In this document: positions 1-8,951 of the stretch, piece by piece
Position numbering within the stretch: the first letter of the stretch is position 1
Layout: each line of letters starts with the position of its first letter
IMG/VR virus record: IMGVR_UViG_3300044723_007681
Span: 1 to 30,114 of that record
From: a virus
Taxonomy: Duplodnaviria; Caudoviricetes
Direction: 5' to 3' (one strand)
DNA length: 30,114 nucleotides
The notes under the pieces: model-generated
The model's database searches: none
The model's input: the letters and a program-made list of their open reading frames with translations, nothing else
What the model was told of the DNA's origin: nothing
Position numbers and translations under genes: made by a program

Positions 1-2
1 GT

Positions 3-233
3 TATGCATACTTTAGAGAAATTATTCAGCACCCTAAACCAAAAGACATTAAATATTTTACAAATCAAACAAATATATATGGATCAACTGAGTTTACGTC
101 TTCTCGTATTCTTTGGCATAAAGCTAAGAACGAGAGACGTAAACTGCAATTGTATGCCAAAGCAATATTAGGTCAAATCGATTTCCGAGGAGAACGTACT
201 CGATTCACTGAGTGGACTAAGTCTCCTCTTTAG
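3..233 (+). CDS. 3' end of a plus-strand hypothetical protein (partial, enters from the left edge)
   Basis: Frame open from base 3 to TAG at 231-233 (YAYFREIIQHPKPKDIKYF...RFTEWTKSPL*). Not in the ORF track. Converges on, and overlaps by 17 nt, the 217..504 gene. Confidence 0.6.
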   Translation, partial: YAYFREIIQHPKPKDIKYFTNQTNIYGSTEFTSSRILWHKAKNERRKLQLYAKAILGQIDFRGERTRFTEWTKSPL

Positions 234-504
234 CCTGGCCCATAACGAATCTTCGTCGTGGATCTCCCCAGACATCTGAAGCTAGAACTCTGATAAACCT
301 CTTGTTGGTTTCATTCTTGTTTGGATTAGGAATAGTAAGCCAAACCTTTTTCATCTTAAGCCAAGCGTCTTGTTTATTACGAATTACTTGCAATGTGTTT
401 TGTTTATAATCACGTCTTTTGGCTTTCAAGATACTTTTATTTACATTTGGACGTTCGCCCTTTGATGTATAATGTTTACCTGAAGCCTTCTTACCTCTTG
501 CCAT
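217..504 (-). CDS. Small basic hypothetical phage protein
   Basis: 95 aa K/R-rich ORF with an AGGAG Shine-Dalgarno just upstream of the ATG. Confidence 0.8.
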   Translation of the reverse strand: MARGKKASGKHYTSKGERPNVNKSILKAKRRDYKQNTLQVIRNKQDAWLKMKKVWLTIPNPNKNETNKRFIRVLASDVWGDPRRRFVMGQAKEET

Positions 505-512
505 AGTGTCTC

Positions 513-992
513 CTATCCAATTCGAGTTAGAAATCTACCAATGTGGTGTACAAATGGTAGTAATGATAAAGCCATAAACAGATTTGCACCAGAGTGAGCT
601 ATTGCAATACGTAACGTATCACCCTTAGGCATTCCATCTGATACAAGAACACCAGCTATCCATATTGTACCTGTCGTACCTATGTTAGCTCCTAGTACAG
701 CAGCGATTGCTGCTGGTAGTGGTACAGCTCCTGATGCTACAAGAGCAATAATAGCAGTCGTGCTTAATGATGACGATTGCCATAGAAGCGTCATCACAAT
801 ACCACCTAAAAACATCCACAAAGGATTATGGATGAAGAAATTTAAATGGTCCAGGTTACCCATAGACTTCACACCACCTGAGAACATCTTTAGTCCAATA
901 TAAAATATTACCAATCCCACAAGCGCTGTGATTACTGGGTTACCCAATTCCATTTTTTTCACTTTCTTTATTAATTTCTTTGTCTGTTCCAT
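513..992 (-). CDS. Na+/phosphate cotransporter family protein (NptA/YjbB/SLC34-like), single repeat
   Basis: Hydrophobic protein with the family signatures QSSS (LLWQSSSLSTT) and GANIGTT. Only one repeat unit (159 aa). Confidence 0.85.
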   Translation of the reverse strand: MEQTKKLIKKVKKMELGNPVITALVGLVIFYIGLKMFSGGVKSMGNLDHLNFFIHNPLWMFLGGIVMTLLWQSSSLSTTAIIALVASGAVPLPAAIAAVLGANIGTTGTIWIAGVLVSDGMPKGDTLRIAIAHSGANLFMALSLLPFVHHIGRFLTRIG

Positions 993-997
993 GCTTA

Positions 998-1005
998 TAT
1001 TTATT
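998..1005 (-). promoter_or_regulatory. Putative T4-type late promoter (AATAAATA)
   Basis: 7/8 match to TATAAATA, 5 nt upstream of the ATG at 992, in an intergenic gap. Confidence 0.5.
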
Positions 1006-1037
1006 TGTTATTTTCTAATTTTAATAAAACTTTAATA

Positions 1038-1619
1038 TTAATTATCTATTGAAGCGGATTCCATTTGAGCTCTAAAAAAATTACATATGTAAAAGCTGTC
1101 CACAATATCACTAATAGGATTCTCCCCAGTATATCCAATAACATCTCGTAAATCAACCCCCGTTTGTGTAATAAAGCTAGATAACATCAGTTCTTTGTTG
1201 GCGTTTCCTTTACCAGTAGCATACTTCTTCACTTCTGTCGGGGTAACAGTAATAAACTCTATATCTCTAACTTGCATCTTGAATTTCAATATACCTGTGT
1301 TCTCTCCTATATTAAACACACGACCTGTTGCTGCATATGCATAATCTTCCAAGCATACGTTCTCAACATCATAGTTGTCTAAGACATCCAATGCCCAGCT
1401 AGATATAAACTTATACTTCCCAATTGGATTTAAAAAATAGTCATTCTTAGGTAGATATGACCCGAAGAACAGAAAGGGCTTGCTCCAATACTCCTCTTGG
1501 GTAAGTCCAGCTTTATTTGTCAAGAAATGAATATCCCAGTTATCACCTACTTTAATGCATATACTTGGACTGGTTGTACTGTAATCTATTCCAGCTAGAT
1601 TAGTCTTCCCATTCTTCAT
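1038..1619 (-). CDS. ruvC: RuvC-like Holliday junction resolvase / RNase H-fold endonuclease
   Basis: GIDYS at the N-terminus, LEDYAY, KKYATGKGNANKE and C-terminal DIVDS match the RuvC acidic catalytic pattern. Start moved to ATG 1619 because an upstream Zn-ribbon ORF occupies the longer extension. Confidence 0.8.
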   Translation of the reverse strand: MKNGKTNLAGIDYSTTSPSICIKVGDNWDIHFLTNKAGLTQEEYWSKPFLFFGSYLPKNDYFLNPIGKYKFISSWALDVLDNYDVENVCLEDYAYAATGRVFNIGENTGILKFKMQVRDIEFITVTPTEVKKYATGKGNANKELMLSSFITQTGVDLRDVIGYTGENPISDIVDSFYICNFFRAQMESASIDN

Positions 1620-1758
1620 TTTCGTCATCCACATCATCCCATTCTATAAGTTCATCACCACAATAAGGACAAAACTCAACGGAATCATTATCATTTTCAT
1701 CAGCATTCTTAACACTAAATTCAGCGCCGCATGATTCACAAGTTAAGGTATCTTCCAT
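1600..1758 (-). CDS. Small acidic zinc-ribbon protein (52 aa)
   Basis: Read manually: MEDTLTCESCGAEFSVKNADENDNDSVEFCPYCGDELIEWDDVDDENEEWED*. Two CxxC pairs and an AGGAG SD. Fills the gap between dCMP deaminase and ruvC; below the ORF track cutoff. Confidence 0.8.
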   Translation of the reverse strand: MEDTLTCESCGAEFSVKNADENDNDSVEFCPYCGDELIEWDDVDDENEEWED

Positions 1759-2195
1759 ATGTTTACTCCTGCACTTTTTAAAAAGTTAATTCCTTCATCA
1801 TTCCTATATTCATGTTTATATATGAATTCCTTTATTCCAGATTGGTATGCGAGTTTTGCACATTGCATACACGGAGAGTAATTACAGTATAATGAAGCAC
1901 CGTCTCCACTTTCATTTGACTTAGCAAGTTTTGCTATAGCATTTGATTCGGCATGCAAGACTTCTGGTCTTGTTTCAGAGTTATCATCTTCACATTGATT
2001 GTCAAAGCCAGATGGCATTCCATTCCATCCCATGCTAATGATTCTATCATCCTTTACAATCACACAACCAACTTGTAGTCGCTTAGCATATGACATTTCG
2101 GAGACGACCTCAGCAATCTCCATGTACATTGATTTGTATTTGTGGTCCTTAGCTGCTTTGTCGGCCAGTCTTGAAATCCAATTCTTACTATTCAT
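1743..2195 (-). CDS. cd: dCMP deaminase
   Basis: HAESNAI and SPCMQC Zn-binding motifs, VGCVIV and GWNG; lies beside nrdAB and thyX. Confidence 0.93.
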   Translation of the reverse strand: MNSKNWISRLADKAAKDHKYKSMYMEIAEVVSEMSYAKRLQVGCVIVKDDRIISMGWNGMPSGFDNQCEDDNSETRPEVLHAESNAIAKLAKSNESGDGASLYCNYSPCMQCAKLAYQSGIKEFIYKHEYRNDEGINFLKSAGVNIWKIP

Positions 2196-2203
2196 ATTAT
2201 TTC

Positions 2204-3172
2204 CTAGTTAGCCCATACGTCATCCCAAGAACCAGTCAAAGCACCCTTTGCATAATCAGTTGCACGATTTTCGAAGAAATTGGTATGGGTAGGAGCATTA
2301 ATCATCTCCTCAACCCATGGCAATGGATTCTTCTTTACCTTGAAGATACCCTTCATTCCCATACTGATTAGTCTTCGGTCTGCAATGTATCTGATGTACT
2401 CTTTAACTTCGGTGTCTCTGAGTCCTTCGACTTTACCCATTTGGAAGGCGAGGTCGACAAACTTATCTTCGAGTTCGACCATTTTAGTGGCAATTGTGTA
2501 AATTGTGCCTTTAGTTTCATCGGTCCAGATTTCACGGTTTTCCTCCACATATTCTCTGAATAATTTTATCATACCTTCAGCATGCATTGTTTCATCAACG
2601 ATTGACCATGTGACGATCTGACCCATTCCTCTCATCTTACCATGCCTGGGGAAATTTAATAGCATAATAAATGAGCTGAATAGAGCCAGTCCTTCTGTAA
2701 AGGCGCTTATAGCAGCGATTCTGACGGGTATAGACGTATTGTCACCGACGTTCTCGAGAAAGTACTCGTGCTTCTCTCTCATAGCATCATACTCAAGAAA
2801 CTCATTATATACTGTTTCTGGCATTCCTAGAGACTCAATCAAATGAGAGTATGCAGCAACATGTAGAGCTTCTCTGGCAGCAAATCCAGTGAGCATCATT
2901 CTGATTTCTGGTTGTGGAAACATTGGAAGATAGTTCTTAACATATCCACCTGCAACATCAATGTCTGATTGAGTGAAGAAACGAAAGATGTTTGTCAAGA
3001 AGTACTTCTCTTCTGTTGATAAACGGTTCTTCCAATCCTTAACGTCTTCTAGCATTGGTACTTCTGTGTGTAGCCAATGAGACTGTTCATGCTTCAACCA
3101 CATATCGTATGCCCATGGATAATGGAATGGTTTGAAGTAATCTCGTTCGTCTTGTAGTTTTAGCTTAGCCAT
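2204..3172 (-). CDS. nrdB: Ribonucleotide reductase class I beta subunit
   Basis: Di-metal ligands (SDIDV, REALH, TEG, DETMH), radical Tyr in HVAAY, C-terminal NFFENRATDY. Confidence 0.96.
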   Translation of the reverse strand: MAKLKLQDERDYFKPFHYPWAYDMWLKHEQSHWLHTEVPMLEDVKDWKNRLSTEEKYFLTNIFRFFTQSDIDVAGGYVKNYLPMFPQPEIRMMLTGFAAREALHVAAYSHLIESLGMPETVYNEFLEYDAMREKHEYFLENVGDNTSIPVRIAAISAFTEGLALFSSFIMLLNFPRHGKMRGMGQIVTWSIVDETMHAEGMIKLFREYVEENREIWTDETKGTIYTIATKMVELEDKFVDLAFQMGKVEGLRDTEVKEYIRYIADRRLISMGMKGIFKVKKNPLPWVEEMINAPTHTNFFENRATDYAKGALTGSWDDVWAN

Positions 3173-3175
3173 CTA

Positions 3176-4969
3176 TCAACCCTCGCATGCCAAGCACACT
3201 TCTTCAGAAGAAGCTAATTGGCTTATATCAATCTCGTTAATAATATCTCTTTCTATTCTTCTGCTGACTTTGTCTGCCTTACCAATCTTTTCTGAACGAC
3301 AATAGTACATTGTCTTTAATCCAGACTTCCATGCAAGGAAGTGAACGGCATGAAGGTATTTGATGTTGGCATCTGGTCTAAAGAACACATTAAGAGATTG
3401 TGCTTGATCAATATACTGTTGGCGGTCTGCTGCATGCTCAATCACCCAACGTTGATCAATCTCCATCGATGTCTTGAAGATATCTTTCTCATACTCTGAA
3501 AGACATTTGAGGTGTTGTACTGATCCATCGTTAGCAATAATCGATGACCAGATCTTATCATAATCCAACGAGTTATCCTCTTCACACTTGATCTTTAACA
3601 GCTTATCAAGATATTTATTCTTGTTCAAAGATGATCCAGAAATTGTATCTTGTCTATATGCATTTGCTCTCCAAGGTTCTATAGAAGGAGAGGTGTTGCC
3701 CATAATAATAGAACTGCTAGCATTAGGAGCAATAGCTTGCATGTGTGAAAAACGACGTCCTGTTCCCTCCGCATCGGGTGCCTCTCCTCTTAGTTTACCA
3801 AGAGCCAAATTAGCTTTATCCAACCCTTCTCTAATGTGTTTAAAAATCTTTAGGTTTTGTCCTTTGGCCAAAGCACTTTCCCATGGAATATTCTTCTTTT
3901 GCAAATATGCATGAAAACCTAGAGCACCTACCCCAACAGATCTTTCTCTCATTGCACTAAACTTTGCACGTGCTATTGCATCAGGTGCATTGGCAATGAA
4001 GTATGTCAATACATTATCTAACATCTCTGCAACATCATGTAGGAATTGAGGATCTTTCGACCATTCCTCAAAATACTCGAGGTTCAAACTCGACAGACAG
4101 CAAACAGCTGTACGGTCTTTATCTGTTGGTAAAATAATCTCCGAACATAGATTTGATTGCCTAATTGATAACCCTCTTGCCTTTAAGAAGTCAGGTAGCT
4201 TCTCATTACTTCTATCGATGAAGTGTAGATAAGGCTCACCAGTCTGCATTCTCATTTCAAGAATCCGTTGCCAGATATCTCTGGCTGATACAGTTTCTCG
4301 TACTTCATTTGTATGAGGATCTTTGAGATCCCAACTGTCGTCTGCATCACTGTCCATCATAGATTGCTCTATAACTTTCATAAAATCATCTGTAATGTTT
4401 AATCCGTGGTGTAGGTTCAAGCATCTGAAGTTCTGGTCACCTGTAGGTTTCCTCATTTCCAAGAATAGCAATAAATCAGGATGACTAATATCAAGATAGG
4501 CAGCATAAGAACCACGCCTTGTCTTACCTTGTCTGTAAGCCAAGCTAGAAGCGTCATACATTTTGAGATGAGGCATAACACCAGTAGACTTATCATCAGC
4601 AGACCTAATACCAAAACCAACGCCAACACCGCCTCCTAACATAGATAACCAGTTTGTCTCAGACAGATTCTCAACGAGACCTTCTGCAGTATCATTTATA
4701 TAATTCAAATAACAAGAGATTGGTAGACCACGTTCAGTACGACCAAATGCAAGAATAGGAGTTGAGTATGAAAGCCAATGCTGACTGCTGTAATCATACA
4801 GCCGTTGTGCATGTTCCGGATTTGATCCAAATGCCCTAGAAACAAATGCAAATCGTTCTTGTGGTGATACCTCACTTTCCTTCATATACGATTCTTTTAG
4901 TCTTTTAACACCAGTGATGTCAAAGAGATTGTCTCTATTAGGATCGATCTCAATTCCGTGTGCTTCCAT
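3176..4969 (-). CDS. nrdA: Ribonucleotide reductase class I alpha subunit (short, no ATP cone)
   Basis: PISCY, SNLCSEI catalytic motif, VCCLSSLN, APNASSS, KTMYY and C-terminal CLAC. No intron or intein evident. Confidence 0.96.
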   Translation of the reverse strand: MEAHGIEIDPNRDNLFDITGVKRLKESYMKESEVSPQERFAFVSRAFGSNPEHAQRLYDYSSQHWLSYSTPILAFGRTERGLPISCYLNYINDTAEGLVENLSETNWLSMLGGGVGVGFGIRSADDKSTGVMPHLKMYDASSLAYRQGKTRRGSYAAYLDISHPDLLLFLEMRKPTGDQNFRCLNLHHGLNITDDFMKVIEQSMMDSDADDSWDLKDPHTNEVRETVSARDIWQRILEMRMQTGEPYLHFIDRSNEKLPDFLKARGLSIRQSNLCSEIILPTDKDRTAVCCLSSLNLEYFEEWSKDPQFLHDVAEMLDNVLTYFIANAPDAIARAKFSAMRERSVGVGALGFHAYLQKKNIPWESALAKGQNLKIFKHIREGLDKANLALGKLRGEAPDAEGTGRRFSHMQAIAPNASSSIIMGNTSPSIEPWRANAYRQDTISGSSLNKNKYLDKLLKIKCEEDNSLDYDKIWSSIIANDGSVQHLKCLSEYEKDIFKTSMEIDQRWVIEHAADRQQYIDQAQSLNVFFRPDANIKYLHAVHFLAWKSGLKTMYYCRSEKIGKADKVSRRIERDIINEIDISQLASSEEVCLACEG

Positions 4970-5657
4970 TCTGCTCCTCCAGGATATCTTTAATTAGTGG
5001 AAAGACTTTAGCAATCTCAAATGCTGCCATCTGAGCTACTTGTCTGTGTTCTTTTTGTGTGCTTGGATCAGTTCGTAGTTCTATATAGTGCACCCAACTA
5101 CGTAGAGTTCCATTCATATACATTTTACTCATTGTAAGACCTTCAGGCAACAAGGCTCTTGCTTGTTCCTTAGCAATACCATTCATCCGAGCCCATGTAT
5201 AATAACTATTGCATACGTCTATAACTCTTTCTTGAGCTTGTATCCAACCTGCAACCAGGTCGTTGTTCTCTTTGTTCTTTGTATCAAGATCGATACTATT
5301 CTGTCTGTTCTTTTCATCCTGGAGTCTGCACTCTCTAGTAACAAACTCTAAATCTTGTGTTGGGTCAGCATACCTCTGACTAAATTCTTGAAAGCTAAAC
5401 GATCTGTGTCTAAGGATCTGTCTTGCTATGTCTCTCGTTGTTTGTATCTCTAACGTTGCACTTACCATCTCAAGTGGACTCCAATGTTTGTGCTTGATCA
5501 GGTATTTGATTAACTTTCTACTCGTTGATACATTTTGTTGATTACTTGGGTTAGACACTCGTGCACAATAAGCACACAGGTCTTCAAGTGTTTTCAATCC
5601 CGTTTCAAATGAAAACGTACTAACTGGTGTTGTATGACTAATCAATCTTACGTTCAT
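4950..5657 (-). CDS. thyX: Flavin-dependent thymidylate synthase
   Basis: RHRSFSFQEFSQRY ThyX motif, HWSPLE and KEQARALLP. Start at ATG 5657, coupled to the upstream stop (TAATG). Confidence 0.95.
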   Translation of the reverse strand: MNVRLISHTTPVSTFSFETGLKTLEDLCAYCARVSNPSNQQNVSTSRKLIKYLIKHKHWSPLEMVSATLEIQTTRDIARQILRHRSFSFQEFSQRYADPTQDLEFVTRECRLQDEKNRQNSIDLDTKNKENNDLVAGWIQAQERVIDVCNSYYTWARMNGIAKEQARALLPEGLTMSKMYMNGTLRSWVHYIELRTDPSTQKEHRQVAQMAAFEIAKVFPLIKDILEEQNGSTRN

Positions 5658-5878
5658 TACCACCCAACCTTCTTTCTGAATTTATCAATTTCACCTGCTG
5701 ACATTTTAAATACACTCCTTAATGATCCATACTTCTTAGCTTGTACACTATCATTTTTTACTAATGATTCATTATTACTATAAGTTACAATTAAGTCACT
5801 CCAAGAGTGGTGGGTGAATAATTGTTTCAATAATCTCATTTCCCTGTTATTGAAACACACGTACATTATTTGCTCCAT
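5657..5878 (-). CDS. Hypothetical protein
   Basis: 73 aa ORF overlapping the primase stop and coupled to the thyX start. Confidence 0.6.
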   Translation of the reverse strand: MEQIMYVCFNNREMRLLKQLFTHHSWSDLIVTYSNNESLVKNDSVQAKKYGSLRSVFKMSAGEIDKFRKKVGW

Positions 5879-6876
5879 ACACTCAGAGCCATCTTACCTG
5901 ACAATCCACTGAATGTGTTTTGTGAGATAATTAAGCTCAAATCAGCCTTACTTGTTCCTGTCATAACCATATCGTTTATATCTTTTTCCTTAACCTTACT
6001 CGGCCAGATTACTATTTTTCTACCAATGTCCAAGCTCTTTTGCATCTTATCAACTATTTGTTTATTCCTTGGCTCGTTATCATATATCATTACAGTCTTC
6101 TCAGGTACCATTGGTAATGTAACGTCGCTTCCACACATTGCAATACAATTATCGATAAACATGCTGTCTATCGGGCCTTCTGTTACATAAACTGTTTTAG
6201 ACATATCAACATCATCCAGGCCAAATAGTTTCGGCCTAGTCTCATCTAACATAATTGTTATATATCTAAGTTGTGAGTTCCTGAGCGCTCGCCCTTGGTA
6301 ACCAAAAAAGTTGCCTTGCTTATCGAGAAATGGAATAATAAGTCTAGGCTCATCTTTAGTTACCTCTTTGAATTTACCAGGCAGGATTTCGTTAGTCCAC
6401 CGGTAAAAATTTGGACAATAAAACAGTTTATGGTGGTACACATTTGGTATGTACCGGTCGTTTATGTATTGTTTAACTGGGTGATCCCAGTTTAATTGAC
6501 TGACTTTTTTCAGCCTTCGAAGAGGACTACCACGTTTCTTGTATCCAGGAAATGAGACAGCCTTAATTGTAGTATTACTTATCTGTTCTTTAGACTCGAG
6601 AGTAGAAGAATCTTTCAATTTTTCCAGTTTATATTCATTATGCAATAACTGATCATGATCCTGTAAAAACCTCTCAAAGTTCTTCGATACATTACAGTTA
6701 TGACAGTAGTACATGTAGCTATTTTTCTTTTCAATTAAATAGCCACGTGCCTTGAACTTATTTGAGGTACTATCACCACAATAAGGACATGAGAAATTAT
6801 ACAAATTCTCTTTTTGCTTAAAGTTTCGAAAGCGATTGGAAAGAAGTAGTATATACTTTCGTTCAATGAATACCAT
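5866..6876 (-). CDS. gp61: DNA primase (T4 gp61-like)
   Basis: N-terminal Zn finger CPYCGD...CHNC, GYQGR, TOPRIM motifs TEGPIDS, DNEPRN and KDINDM. Confidence 0.95.
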   Translation of the reverse strand: MVFIERKYILLLSNRFRNFKQKENLYNFSCPYCGDSTSNKFKARGYLIEKKNSYMYYCHNCNVSKNFERFLQDHDQLLHNEYKLEKLKDSSTLESKEQISNTTIKAVSFPGYKKRGSPLRRLKKVSQLNWDHPVKQYINDRYIPNVYHHKLFYCPNFYRWTNEILPGKFKEVTKDEPRLIIPFLDKQGNFFGYQGRALRNSQLRYITIMLDETRPKLFGLDDVDMSKTVYVTEGPIDSMFIDNCIAMCGSDVTLPMVPEKTVMIYDNEPRNKQIVDKMQKSLDIGRKIVIWPSKVKEKDINDMVMTGTSKADLSLIISQNTFSGLSGKMALSVWSK

Positions 6877-6903
6877 AATATATCCCTGTTAATGTACAGA
6901 GTT

Positions 6904-6932
6904 ATTATATACTACGTAAACTCTTTAGACAA
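6904..6932 (-). promoter_or_regulatory. sigma70-type promoter for the primase-thyX-nrd operon
   Basis: TTGTCT (6932-6927), 17 nt spacer, TATAAT (6909-6904); about 28 nt upstream of the primase ATG. Confidence 0.7.
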
Positions 6933-7577
6933 CAGATAATTTCTATAGGGGAAGCCTGATGCTTTAAGGTACGGTTTGTACTCCTTGTCAAGCAAGTTTT
7001 TAGGATTGATAATCTGAAGCAGGTAGTATCTATCAACATCACCGCCGTTGATGAACGTATGTGTGACAAAGTTATTTACAAGGTAAGCCTTACCTGGTTT
7101 AGGTGTGAATGAATAAGCCTTATTATCATCTAGTCTAAAGATAAATGAACAATCATCATTACTAATTACTGGAATTTGAAAACCAATACAAACATCAGTA
7201 TGCCAGGCATAAGATGATCGTGGTTCCATCTTTGCATATGTTCCACCTATTAATTTATACTTATCTTTTATTTCCTGGTAGTATGTGTCTATTCTATGCT
7301 CCCAGGCTATGTCTCTAATTCTTGCTCTGCAACCTCTTGTTGCACCTGGGTAAGTTTCTTTTGATCTCTTGTCAGTTGATTCTTTCCATTCTAAAGCTAC
7401 TTCACTATCAGAATCATCTGCTTCAGTAAAATCAAACCAAGGTAAGTGAGGATCCATTGTATTGAGATCATTAACTAACTTGTCGACGTCTACATCACAA
7501 AATTCTTCAAACAACCACTCAGGTTTATGATTACCAAGAGTTCCATAATCTTTTTTAATTAACACACTATCCTCCAA
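6912..7577 (-). CDS. Putative 2OG-Fe(II) oxygenase (Asp/Asn beta-hydroxylase-like DSBH fold)
   Basis: WHTD (HxD), FQIPVISN, distal His in VTHTFING, Arg in DRYYL. Confidence 0.65.
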   Translation of the reverse strand: MEDSVLIKKDYGTLGNHKPEWLFEEFCDVDVDKLVNDLNTMDPHLPWFDFTEADDSDSEVALEWKESTDKRSKETYPGATRGCRARIRDIAWEHRIDTYYQEIKDKYKLIGGTYAKMEPRSSYAWHTDVCIGFQIPVISNDDCSFIFRLDDNKAYSFTPKPGKAYLVNNFVTHTFINGGDVDRYYLLQIINPKNLLDKEYKPYLKASGFPYRNYLLSKEFT

Positions 7578-7866
7578 AGAGTTCCACTAACTTACTATTT
7601 CCTAGTAATGCACCTAACGTCAAAGCTCCACCAACTAATATCCATCTCCATTTTTCGATTGAATCAACCTTTTTCATCAACTCATCTCTCAAATCACCAA
7701 TTCTCTTATGCAATTTTTGAATTTGATCATACATTTGATTGTTGTAATCTTCTTGTTGTTCTAATTTGGTTTCATGAACAACTAGCACCTGTTTAATTTC
7801 ATGACTTACATCTGTTAGTCTTTGTATAGCTTCATCTAATTTTTGATAAAGTCTACTTTCTTCCAC
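7567..7866 (-). CDS. Coiled-coil protein with C-terminal TM helix (XhlA-like/holin-like architecture)
   Basis: Heptad-rich N-terminus, then WRWILVGGALTLGALLG. Confidence 0.6.
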   Translation of the reverse strand: MEESRLYQKLDEAIQRLTDVSHEIKQVLVVHETKLEQQEDYNNQMYDQIQKLHKRIGDLRDELMKKVDSIEKWRWILVGGALTLGALLGNSKLVELFGG

Positions 7867-8104
7867 TTTCTAACTCCTCTATTCTTTCTTCTAAGTCAAT
7901 TAGTTTAGCAGTTAGTTGTGGAAACTTTGCTAAAGCCTTTTGCTCGTCTGTTAAAATTTTAAGTCCATAACGACGTGCAGCCCAGCAATATAAATCATCC
8001 ATTTTATTGTAAAACCAAACACCTAGTTTAGTATCTCTAAACCAGCTGTCTGTAGCACTCCCAATTATACTACCAGCAATTGATGAAATCAACCAGAACA
8101 ACAT
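7853..8104 (-). CDS. Small hypothetical protein with hydrophobic N-terminus
   Basis: 83 aa; starts MLFWLISSIAGSIIG; C-terminal coiled coil; follows a late-promoter-like motif. Confidence 0.7.
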   Translation of the reverse strand: MLFWLISSIAGSIIGSATDSWFRDTKLGVWFYNKMDDLYCWAARRYGLKILTDEQKALAKFPQLTAKLIDLEERIEELESGRK

Positions 8105-8131
8105 GTATTTAAACCTTATGTTTGATATAGT

Positions 8132-8139
8132 TATTTATT
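8132..8139 (-). promoter_or_regulatory. Putative late promoter (AATAAATA)
   Basis: 7/8 match to TATAAATA, about 28 nt upstream of ATG 8104. Confidence 0.5.
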
Positions 8140-8794
8140 ATTTCCGGAAATGCTCTTTCAACAATAGCTTCATATCATTATATGACGTTTCTGCAAACAC
8201 ATATCTTAGTATACATCTTGGTCTTCCATCTGACACAGGCGCATGTAATTTTTGACTGTTAATTAATGCTACTTTGTAATTTATACCACCGATGTCAATT
8301 CCATCACGTTGTTTCTCACCATTTTCTATTGCAAATCTTATATCTTGATTTCCGGATACCATAATACCAAGCCAACATTTTGATGATGGATCTTTATGAA
8401 ATGGTATAGTATTATCAATCATAAATTGCCATCGCCATCCAATTCTATGTTGTTCAGGTAGTTTTGGCAGCTGTTCAAATATTTGATCAATAGGACCTTG
8501 AGGACTGTTTATATGTTTTCTAAACAAAACATGAACACGTCCCCATCCATTCATTGGAGGATTTTTTGTGGGGGTACCATCATCTTTAATTGCTGTTTGT
8601 CTATTAGCCCATTTTTTTTTATCAGTAACTACTAAACTTTCGTTAAGATCCCATTCATCTAAAAATTGTTGTCTTACTTTATATTGTAATTGTTCAGAAT
8701 AGTTTATATAAGGTGAACAATCAAACACCCAATCTTCAAGATCCATAATATAATCCTTATATTTTTTCTTTATAATATCTTTGTAATTGCCCAT
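8138..8794 (-). CDS. Putative 2OG-Fe(II) oxygenase-like protein
   Basis: PFHKD (HxD), then YKVALINSQKLH and RCILRYVF. C-terminal half resembles that of 24059..24844. Confidence 0.55.
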   Translation of the reverse strand: MGNYKDIIKKKYKDYIMDLEDWVFDCSPYINYSEQLQYKVRQQFLDEWDLNESLVVTDKKKWANRQTAIKDDGTPTKNPPMNGWGRVHVLFRKHINSPQGPIDQIFEQLPKLPEQHRIGWRWQFMIDNTIPFHKDPSSKCWLGIMVSGNQDIRFAIENGEKQRDGIDIGGINYKVALINSQKLHAPVSDGRPRCILRYVFAETSYNDMKLLLKEHFRK

Positions 8795-8951
8795 AAGTTA
8801 AAACATTAATCATATACATCATGTCATACACTGGTATTTTTTTACCAAATAATCTATGACAATTTTCTAAACTTTCTTCCATAGCTTTTATTGTCCAGAA
8901 AGATGTTCCTCTGGCGACACTTATTCCAAATCCTGTGTCTTTCCAGGACAT
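8757..8951 (-). CDS. Hypothetical protein
   Basis: 64 aa ORF coupled by TAATG overlap to the upstream gene. Confidence 0.55.
   Translation of the reverse strand: MSWKDTGFGISVARGTSFWTIKAMEESLENCHRLFGKKIPVYDMMYMINVLTYGQLQRYYKEKI

Noticed and set aside
2204-4969. Introns, inteins or homing endonucleases in nrdA/nrdB (also checked in gp41, uvsX and thyX)
   Set aside because: All are uninterrupted and of normal length.
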